From Octopus sinensis (lineage: Eukaryota): a stretch of DNA of 11,214 bases. The position numbers were made by a program, and so were the translations under genes. Of the stretch, positions 1 through 7,699 are shown piece by piece (the first letter of the stretch is position 1; every line of letters begins with the position of its first letter). The stretch spans positions 1 to 11,214 of the forward strand of contig NW_021827008.1 of NCBI RefSeq assembly GCF_006345805.1, written 5' to 3'. The notes under the pieces are model-generated. The model saw only the letters and a list, made by a program, of their open reading frames with translations, made no database searches and was not told the DNA's origin.

Positions 1-6
1 CAACGA

Positions 7-222
7 GATGGTAAACTGGTGGAATCGTTTGCATGCCGGACAAAATGTTTAGCGGTATTTCTTCCAGTTCTTTTCACGTTCTGAGTTCAAATTCAACCGA
101 GGTCAACTTTGCCTTTCGTCCTTTCCGGGTTGACAAAATAAGTGCTAGTTGAGCACTGGGGGTCGATGTAATCGACTTACCCGCTCACCCGAAATTGCTG
201 GCCTTGTGCCAAAATTTGAAAC
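7..222 (+). mobile_element. SINE family C copy (head CTGG(C/T)(A/G)GAATCGTT; central GCCTTTC(A/G)TCCTTTC..GGGT.GA.AAAATAAGT block resembling the Deu/Nin-type domain; tail GTGCCAAAATTTGAAAC)
   Basis: Aligns by eye with copies at 570-770 and 11043-11183 (+) and with reverse-complement copies at 790-968, 978-1160, 1512-1733 and 8770-8908. The domain name is from memory. Confidence 0.8.
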
Positions 223-239
223 GAGTAACTTCAAAATTT

Positions 240-546
240 GGAGGCGCAATTGCCCAGTGGTTAGGACAGCGGACTCGCAGTCGGAGGATCGCGGTTTCGA
301 TTCCCAGACCAGGCGTTGTGTGTGTTTATTGAGCGAAAATACCTAGAGCTCCACGAGGCTCTGGCAGGGGGTGGTGGCGACCCCTGTTGTACTCTTTCGC
401 CCCAACTTTCTCTCACTCTTTCTTACTGTTTCTAGGGTAACGCTGCGATGGACTGGCGTCCCGTCCAGCTGGGGGAACACATACGCCATAGAAACCGGGA
501 AACCGAGCCCATGAGCTTAAAAAGGGCGCATAAATAAGTATAAATA
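240..546 (+). mobile_element. tRNA-derived SINE family A1, full length, with a 13-bp target-site duplication
   Basis: A-box-like TTGCCCAGTGG, B-box-like GGTTTCGATTCCC and a TAAA-type tail. AACTTCAAAATTT is duplicated at 227-239 and 547-559. A second copy lies at 2788-3106. Confidence 0.9.
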
Positions 547-569
547 AACTTCAAAATTTAGACACAAAA

Positions 570-770
570 CGTGGATCTGGCAGAATCGTTAGCATACCGG
601 ACAAAATGCTTCGCAACATTTCGTCTCGATCTTTAAGTTCCGATTTCACAAATTCCGCTCAAGTTGACTTTGCCTTTCATCCATTCGAGATCGATAAAAT
701 ATGTCCCGGTTGAACACTGGAGCCGATGTGATCGAAATTCCCCAACAAATTTCAGGCCCTGTGCCTAGCC
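570..770 (+). mobile_element. SINE family C copy (diverged)
   Basis: CTGGCAGAATCGTTAGCA head, TTTGCCTTTCATCCATTCGAGATCGATAAAAT core and GGCCCTGTGCC tail; colinear with 7-222. Confidence 0.8.
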
Positions 771-789
771 TACATTCTATCTATCACTG

Positions 790-968
790 GCAAAATTTAG
801 GTGCGGAGGGGAGAGGTTTCGCCGATTACATCAACTACACTATATGACTGGTATTGTATTTTATCAACCACACAGATGAATGAAAGTTGGCCGAGGTGGG
901 ATTCGAACTCGAAATGTACAGGACTAAAAGTAATACCGTAAGGCTTTTATTGATGTTGCAACGAATCT
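790..968 (-). mobile_element. SINE family C copy (old, diverged)
   Basis: Reverse-complement landmarks CGATTACATCAAC, GACTGGTATTGTATTTTATC, GATGAATGAAAG and GGATTCGAACTC. Confidence 0.65.
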
Positions 969-977
969 GAAAGTAAT

Positions 978-1160
978 AATGGCTTCAAATTTGGGCATCG
1001 CACTAACAGTTTTAAGAGGAGGGGGCTGGTCGATTACATCGACCCCAGTGCTGGACTGGTATTTATTTTATCGATCTGATGTGTGAAATGCTAGGTCGAC
1101 CTCGTCTGAAACCAGAAAGTAAATACGGGCGAAATATCACCAAGCATTTTGTCGGGCATT
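978..1160 (-). mobile_element. SINE family C copy lacking its extreme 5' head
   Basis: TTCAAATTTGGGCA, GTCGATTACATCGACCCCAGTG, ACTGGTATTTATTTTATCGA and AAGCATTTTGTCGGGCAT; abuts the tail of a family B SINE. Confidence 0.75.
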
Positions 1161-1502
1161 CTTTTATTATTTTACTTGTTTCAGCCATTTGACTGCGGCC
1201 ATGCTGGGGCACCGTCTTACCGAACCGCTAACTTACGGGAAACATACCAGCATCGGTTGTCAAGCGATGGCGGGGGAATAAACACACACACACACACACA
1301 CAACACACACATGATATATATATATAATTATATATATATTATATATACTATATATATACGTCGAGTTTGTTTCAGTTTCCGTCTACTAAATCTACTCACA
1401 ACGCTTTGGTCGCCCCAGAGACACTTGCCACGCAATGGGACTGAACCCGGAACCATGTGTTTGGGAAGCTAGCTTCTTTTCTTACCACACAGCCACGCCT
1501 GC
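1160..1502 (-). mobile_element. tRNA-derived SINE family B with internal microsatellite and two internal deletions
   Basis: The reverse complement matches the + copy at 3569-4046 (GTGGCTGTGTGGTAAG, GGTTCCGGGTTCAGTCCC, GTAGACGGAAACTGAAA, GCATGGCCGCAGTCAAATG). Confidence 0.9.
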
Positions 1503-1511
1503 AAAAATTAA

Positions 1512-1733
1512 TTATGATTTCTGAATTAAACACAAGGCAAATAATTTTGTGGGTGGGGGGGAATGACCTAGTTGATATAGTCAACAGAAGTAGTTGACTG
1601 GTTCTTTATTTTATCGATACCCACAATTAACAGCGGTAGGATTTGAACCCAGATCGTAAATAGGCGAAAGGAATACTGCAAGGCTATTTTTACAACGCTC
1701 TCACGACTCTATGCGTCACTTTCTGTCAGCTAC
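1512..1733 (-). mobile_element. SINE family C copy (highly diverged)
   Basis: CACAAGGC, GACTGGTTCTTTATTTTATCGATACCC, GGATTTGAACCCAGA and TTCTGTCAGCT landmarks in the expected order. Confidence 0.6.
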
Positions 1734-1824
1734 ACATGAAGAAAAGAAAGCGATGTGTTTACGTTAAAGCTATGGGGAGAATGATAGCGCTTTGTCGAAC
1801 ACCCCAACTTCATTTACATATCGT

Positions 1825-2113
1825 TTATATCTTAATTGCTTCAGTCAACCGACTGTGGTCATGCTGAGTCACAGCCTTGGAGAATTTTTAGTCCAATGAA
1901 TCTACCACAGTACATTTTTTGTTCAATGTACTGTGGTAGTCCAATGAATCTACCACAGTACATTTTTTGTTGTAACCCTGGTACTCCTTGTATCGATCGC
2001 TTTTGCTGAACCGCTAATTATCATGAACTTAAACTCACCAACACCGGTTGTCAAGCGGTGGTGGGGTGAAACACAGACACAAAGACACACATTCATATAT
2101 ATGTATATATACA

Positions 2114-2179
<66 letters not shown>

Positions 2180-2268
2180 CCCTACCTACCTACCTACTAC
2201 CTACCTACCTACCTACCCACTTACCAAACTCTCCTATCTATCTATATATATATATATGATCTATAATG

Positions 2269-2300
<32 letters not shown>

Positions 2301-2439
2301 ATATATTATATATACGATGAGGTTTCTTTCAGTTTCCGTCTACCCACAAAGCTTGCCCAAGGTGTCACGCGAAGGGTCTGTACCCAAAACCATGCGGTCG
2401 AGAAACAAGTTTCTTACTACACAGCCACGCCTGCTCCTA
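1825..2439 (-). mobile_element. tRNA-derived SINE family B with an expanded internal (TATC)n/(TACC)n/(TA)n tract and an internal duplication-inversion
   Basis: Head TAGGAGCAGGCGTGGCTGTGTAGTAAG at 2439; GTAGACGGAAACTGAAAGAAA; CGCTTGACAACCGGTG; CAGCATGACCACAGTC near 1850. Confidence 0.85.
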
Positions 2440-2536
2440 TAGTCTGAGACCATTGACCCTTCTTGCTCGCAAATAGGTGCTTGAGTGTATGTATATGTGT
2501 ACGAATCATATATGTGTGTGTATGATATATATACGT

Positions 2537-2782
2537 GGAGGCGCGTGGCTTAATGGTTAGGGTGTCAGCATCATAATCGTAAGATTGTGGTTTCGATTCC
2601 TGGACCGGGCGACTCGTTGTGTTCTTGAGCAAAACTCTTCATTTCACATTGATCCAGTCCACTCAGCTGGCAAAAATGAGTAACGCTGCGATGGACTAGC
2701 ATCCCGTCTAGCTGGGGAACACATACACCATTGAAACCGGGATACCGGGCCTATGAGCCTGGCTAGGCTTTAAAAGGACGCG
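2537..2782 (+). mobile_element. tRNA(Arg)-like SINE family A2: different head and CORE-like middle, same 3' tail as family A1
   Basis: The head GCGTGGCTTAATGGTTAGGGTGTC...AAGATTGTGGTTTCGATTCC resembles eukaryotic tRNA-Arg. The middle is TTGTGTTCTTGAGCAAAAC. The tail GAGTAACGCTGCGATGGACT...GAAACCGG...ATGAGCCTGGCTAGGC is shared with 240-546 and 2788-3106. Possibly related to the octopus OR1/OR2 SINEs (from memory). Confidence 0.8.
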
Positions 2783-2787
2783 TTTGT

Positions 2788-3106
2788 GGAGGCACAATGG
2801 CCCAGTGGTTAGGGCAGCGGACTCGCGGTCGGAGGATCGCGGTTTCGATTACCAGACCGGACGTTGTGTGTTTATTGAGCGAAAACACCCAAAAGTTCCA
2901 CGAGTCTTCGGCAGGGGGAGAGGCGGCCCCTGTTGTACTCCTTCACCCCAACTTTCTCTCATACTTTCTTCCTGTTTTGAGTAACGTTGCGATGGACTGG
3001 CGTCCCGTCCAGCTGGGGGAATGCACATACGACACAGAAACCGGGAAACCGGGCCCATGAGCCAGGCTAAGCTTGAAAAGAGCGCAGAAATAAATAGAAA
3101 AGATAA
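2788..3106 (+). mobile_element. tRNA-derived SINE family A1, full length
   Basis: A box TGGCCCAGTGG, B-box-like GGTTTCGATT and A-rich tail; colinear with 240-546 over its whole length. Confidence 0.9.
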
Positions 3107-3568
3107 ATGATATATATATATATATATATATATACACTTATATATAAACTGGAAATCTAAATAAATAGTCGTTACAAATACTGCTTCCGTCGCTTTTAGC
3201 TAACTTATACACAACCCACCAGTTCTTTTGCGACGTCACTGACTATTTAGTCAGTATTAAGCTACATTGGTTTGTCTGATTTTCGATTTAGTATTCGTTG
3301 GTTGGGTGCCTGTCGGTTATGAAGCAATGTGGCACAAGAGTCACATGAAATTTCATGAAATTATACGATCTGTGTTTCTGTAGCACCATGCATCAATATA
3401 ACAGGATTACTCAAGACAATTACCGCAGTCTACGGCGTTTGGAACAACATATCCAAATTAAGGTGAATGTACCAATTATTTCGCACACACACAGACACAC
3501 GCACACATATATAACATGCATACTTATACACACTTATACACACTTATACATACTTATATACATACATA

Positions 3569-3742
3569 GGCGCAGGAGTGGCTGTGTGGTAAGTAGCTTG
3601 CTAACCAACCACATTGTTCCGGGTTCAGTCCCACTGCGTGGCATCTTGGGCAAGTGGTCTTCTGCTTAGCCCCGGGGCCGACCAATGCCTTGTGAGTGGA
3701 TTTGGTAGACGGAAACTGAAAGAAGCCTGTCGTATCTATATG

Positions 3743-3810
<68 letters not shown>

Positions 3811-4046
3811 AGTGTATGTTTTTGTGTGTGTCTGTGTCTGTCCCCTATACGCTTGCTTGACAAACCGCTGCTGTTGTGTTACGTCCCCGTCACTTAGCGG
3901 TTCGGCAAATAGAGACCGATAGAATAAGTACTGGGCTTACCAAGAATAAGTCCCGGGGTCGATTTGCTCGACTAAAGGCGGTGCTCTCCGCATGGCCGCA
4001 GTCAAATGACTGAAACAAGTAAACGAAAAGAGTAAAAGAGTATACG
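3569..4046 (+). mobile_element. tRNA-derived SINE family B, near full length, with internal (TA)n and a 34-bp flanking direct repeat
   Basis: A box TGGCTGTGTGG, B box GGGTTCAGTCCC (3621-3632) and tail AAAAGAGTAAAAGAG. TATACACACTTATACATACTTATATACATACATA occurs at 3535-3568 and 4047-4080. Confidence 0.9.
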
Positions 4047-4149
4047 TATACACACTTATACATACTTATATACATACATACATACATACAGACAGACAGA
4101 CAAACAAACATATATACGTACATACATGTAAATATATGCATGACTCGCT

Positions 4150-4500
4150 AGGAGAGAGAAAAAGCATTCCAATGATATGCTCAAAGCCTCACAGAAGGGT
4201 TTTGAGATCAACCCCGGCATATGGGGAACGCAAATGCCAGTCTGCCTAGTCTAGCAACGCTCCATCAACAGAAGTGCCACCTCCTACGTCCAGAACAAGA
4301 TTTCAAGGGCAGAAATAAAACGCAACCCTGAGCAAGTCCAGAGTTAATTGCTCGCCTTCAGCCCCAGCAGACAACCTCTGCCCAACCTGCGGCAGAGCCT
4401 TCCGGCCACGCGTCAGACTGGTCAGCCACAGCCGGACACGCCGTGCTCAGTCTTCTCTCATGGGATGTTCTTGGATATCGTCGGCAACGGACGAACTAAA
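4150..4500 (+). mobile_element. RTE-clade LINE 3' fragment (decayed C-terminus with C2H2 zinc finger and 3' end)
   Basis: Manual translation gives KHSNDMLKASQKGFEINPGIW...*QRSINRSATSY, then a frameshift, then SKSR...LCPTCGRAFRPRVRLVSHSRTR (finger at 4379-4441, last His changed to Arg). The 3' end GGATATCGTCGGCAACGGACGAAC resembles RTE termini. Confidence 0.8.
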
Positions 4501-4507
4501 GTATGAA

Positions 4508-4561
4508 GGCGCAAAGATTAGTGGATAGGGTGTTGCCCTCACGATTATGATATCATGATTT
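4508..4561 (+). mobile_element. Truncated head of a family A2-like SINE
   Basis: GGCGCAAAGATTAGTGGATAGGGTGTTGCCCTCACGAT aligns with GGCGCGTGGCTTAATGGTTAGGGTGTCAGCATCATAAT at 2540. Confidence 0.45.
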
Positions 4562-4651
4562 ATATGTATGTATGTATGTATATATATATATATATATTAA
4601 GGTATGTAGAAAAATACAACATGGACAAGAACGTATAACTCTTAGAAGACG

Positions 4652-4693
<42 letters not shown>

Positions 4694-4814
4694 ATACATA
4701 CACATACATATATACATTCATATATATAGATATATACATACATACATATATACACACACACACACACACACATATATATATTGCATATTTGTATATATAC
4801 ATATTTCATAATAT

Positions 4815-4849
<35 letters not shown>

Positions 4850-4902
4850 TGCATAAACATACACAAATACATATAAACCCATGTGCATGTATATGTGTGT
4901 AC

Positions 4903-4935
<33 letters not shown>
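4560..4935. repeat. Compound (TA)n/(TG)n/(CA)n/(TACA)n microsatellite field
   Basis: Directly visible. Confidence 0.95.
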
Positions 4936-4937
<2 letters not shown>

Positions 4938-5115
4938 GCACATATGGCTTTGGTGGAACAAAAAGGATAAACAGAACTGAAACTATGAGTATTCCATATT
5001 ATTTTTGATCGACAGAAATTAAAAAGCGAATCGAGGGCCGAAAGTTTCATGAGTGCTGTGTACGAAACTTTCAGCCTGTGTATCACTTTGTAACTCCTGC
5101 CAATTAAAAAATAAG

Positions 5116-5156
5116 CACACACACACACACACCACACACACACACACACACACAAA

Positions 5157-5190
<34 letters not shown>
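5116..5190. repeat. (CA)n microsatellite
   Basis: Directly visible. Confidence 0.95.
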
Positions 5191-5191
<1 letters not shown>

Positions 5192-5779
5192 CTGGTTTTT
5201 CATTGGCTGTCTCTTTTTCTTTGCAAAAGGAGTGATATATCTTGTAAAGTCTCTCGCTATTCTATCTTTTTTTACCCCTCGTTAGTGAACTAAACGAAGT
5301 GAAATGAAGTGGAATGAAGTACATCATGTAATCTTTATATAATTACATTAAATTTGATTTTGTTTTCTTCCCTCGTTTCAACTATAAAGTCCTTATTATT
5401 CGTATATAGAAGCTGATGTCTTGATTTTCGTTGAATCCTTTCAGTACGAAACTATTAAGGTACTATTAATTACATTACTTACACGACAAAAAGAAAAGTT
5501 AGATGCAAACACGCACACGCACGCACACACACACACACACACACGTACATACTTGCGTGCGTATGCACGTTAGTACACATGTGCGTATGCACACACATAC
5601 ACAAGTGTTATCCTCGTTGAATTTTGTTCCGTTAAAATGGGCTTATTTCAAATTTAGTACTCAATGCTTGATATAAATATAGAGTTCTATATTATTTCAT
5701 TTAAGGTGTTAACTACAATCGTTCAACCTACACTTGGTTAATACTATATCAGTTGAAACAATCGTAGTACTAAGTCTTG

Positions 5780-5799
5780 AATATATATAATATATATAA

Positions 5800-5858
<59 letters not shown>
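5780..5858. repeat. (TA)n microsatellite
   Basis: Directly visible. Confidence 0.95.
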
Positions 5859-5861
<3 letters not shown>

Positions 5862-5862
<1 letters not shown>

Positions 5863-6004
5863 AGGGCATTATACATACATGCCAGACGGCATTATACATA
5901 CATGCCAAACGCTAAGAGGGACAATCAGTCAGAAATGACTGATTGTCCCTCTTAGCGTTTGGCATGTATGTATAATGCCGTCTGGCATTATGTATAATGC
6001 CCTC
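5862..6004. repeat. 143-nt near-perfect inverted repeat (foldback), possibly a MITE
   Basis: The left arm (5862-5931, 70 nt) is the reverse complement of the right arm (5936-6004, 69 nt) except for one single-base indel. The loop is GAAA (5932-5935). Each arm carries a tandem 23-nt-period repeat (GGCATTATACATACATGCCA at 5865-5884 and 5888-5907). Confidence 0.9.
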
Positions 6005-6132
6005 TATATATAAATTAATATGTTTCAATAAGAAATAATTATTTTCGAATTTTTTTCTCTTATGAGGTTTTTTACGCTATCTACCTGACAATTTCTTGTT
6101 AAGTTTTCCTATTAAGTAGTTGTCCTTATTGC

Positions 6133-6175
<43 letters not shown>

Positions 6176-6244
6176 TATATATATATTATATATAATTAAA
6201 AATTATATTTATTAATTAATTATTTTATTATTCTAGTTTATTTT

Positions 6245-6332
6245 TAACCTGATGAGTGACTATATTATATCGAAATGATTTTACTACTACTATATCATTT
6301 CTTAAATATAGCCACGAAAACACGTGTCGTTA
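6245..6332 (+). ncRNA. Type I hammerhead ribozyme motif (Penelope/retrozyme-like minimal hammerhead with palindromic stem III)
   Basis: Stem I is TAAC 6245-6248 / GTTA 6329-6332; the core CTGATGA is at 6249-6255. Stem II is GTGACTATATT 6256-6266 / AATATAGCCAC 6305-6315 (10 of 11 pairs), plus inner GAAATGAT 6272-6279 / ATCATTTC 6294-6301. GAAA(A) is at 6316-6320, the palindrome ACACGTGT at 6320-6327, and the GTC cleavage triplet ends at 6328. Confidence 0.75.
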
Positions 6333-6499
6333 TTCTACCAATTCTATACGTTTTATTATTTTTTTTTTGCAATTTACTTAATCATTGACATTTTACTGTT
6401 ATTTTTAATTTCATATTTCTATATTATGTAATTTTTCTAGATGGTGTAATTTAATTGTTCATTTTGAATTGATAAAAGGTTGTTTTTTTCTAATTTATA

Positions 6500-6563
6500 C
6501 ACCACACACACCATTATATATATATATAATTATATATATAATATATATATATAACATACATTA

Positions 6564-6596
<33 letters not shown>

Positions 6597-6633
6597 TATA
6601 TACATATATATATATACATTATAGATATATATA

Positions 6634-6666
<33 letters not shown>

Positions 6667-6673
6667 CTTATAT

Positions 6674-6730
<57 letters not shown>

Positions 6731-6747
6731 ATTATATATATATATAT
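6500..6747. repeat. (TA)n-rich compound microsatellite
   Basis: Directly visible. Confidence 0.95.
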
Positions 6748-7470
6748 CAGGTCATCGGTATCACTCGGGCTCATCACAGATTTCGCATAAGGCACATTCC
6801 TGCACGAAGAATTTGCGGTATATTTTCTCAATTTCTAAGTTAAGGGTAAAAATGAAGCAACCCTGCAAAACCCAACTGATTTTTACATATGGACGCACAG
6901 AATAACAGCAATCAAATGACGACATCGGAGTGCACAACAAACATCAGTGATCTGACTGTCACCTGTACTCCTGACAAGAGATGCCAGTTAGTCTTTTACA
7001 CCTACCAGACTCGTTCGTAATACACGAGTTGCTGGATTATTTTTCGTTCCTTTAAGAATATTGTAGAACGGAATCTTTTCATAGATTGGAATTTAAATCC
7101 TAATCTCTATAGAAATTTATTGTTTCAAGAAAGCACTTCATTTGAAATACTTTTAATTTTTTCAAATATAGATAACAACGCGGGCTGTATTTTCTAAGCC
7201 CGAGTCAGACACATGTGAACAATGTCGAGAGAACGTCTGCTATGAATGATATTTTTTGACACAGGGCACCTCTAAGACGACTGCCAGACGCCGAGCGAAA
7301 ATACATTTACTGCGACCAGATTTAATAAAAGGAGCCCGAGTTTTTGGCTGCAATTACATACTTCAAGACAGTGTTGGCAGAAATTAAATCAGCTTGCAAA
7401 TACATGACCACTGTACTAAATTTATACTTGGGCTAAGCCCGAACAGCCCGAGTGCCGGAGTCGCCACTAA

Positions 7471-7487
7471 GATATAGATAGATAGAC

Positions 7488-7558
<71 letters not shown>

Positions 7559-7571
7559 CAGATAGATAGAC

Positions 7572-7641
<70 letters not shown>

Positions 7642-7680
7642 ATAGATAGACAGATAGACAGACAGACAGACAGACAGATT
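7471..7680. repeat. (GATA)n/(GACA)n tetranucleotide microsatellite
   Basis: Directly visible. Confidence 0.95.
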
Positions 7681-7699
7681 CTAGATTTGTTTTGTTGTT

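Noticed and set aside
2537-2612. tRNA-Arg-like sequence as a real tRNA gene
   Set aside because: The acceptor and anticodon stems are disrupted and it continues into a SINE body; the same applies to the other SINE heads.
5036-5076. ATGAG...CGAAAC as a hammerhead
   Set aside because: The core reads TTCATGA rather than CTGANGA and there is no stem I; kept only as a hairpin.
4560-5235. ORFs of 60-161 aa rich in YI/CV/HT dipeptides (similar ones at 1149, 2023, 2048, 2256, 2943, 3666, 3890, 6619, 9135, 9586 and 9771)
   Set aside because: They are translations of dinucleotide or tetranucleotide microsatellites and SINE bodies, not genes.
5296-5320. GAAGTG(A/G)AAT 10-bp tandem repeat
   Set aside because: About 2.5 units; ordinary slippage.
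5865-5907. Direct repeats as a CRISPR-like array
   Set aside because: Only two adjacent units with a 3-nt gap, no unique spacers, and a eukaryotic context.
6761-6834. Possible terminal exon on the minus strand (acceptor TTTTACCCTTAACTTAG; IEKIYRKFFVQECALCEICDEPE*)
   Set aside because: The acceptor is plausible but the peptide is short and unrecognised, a second frame is equally open, and it overlaps the putative transposon motif. Needs RNA-seq.
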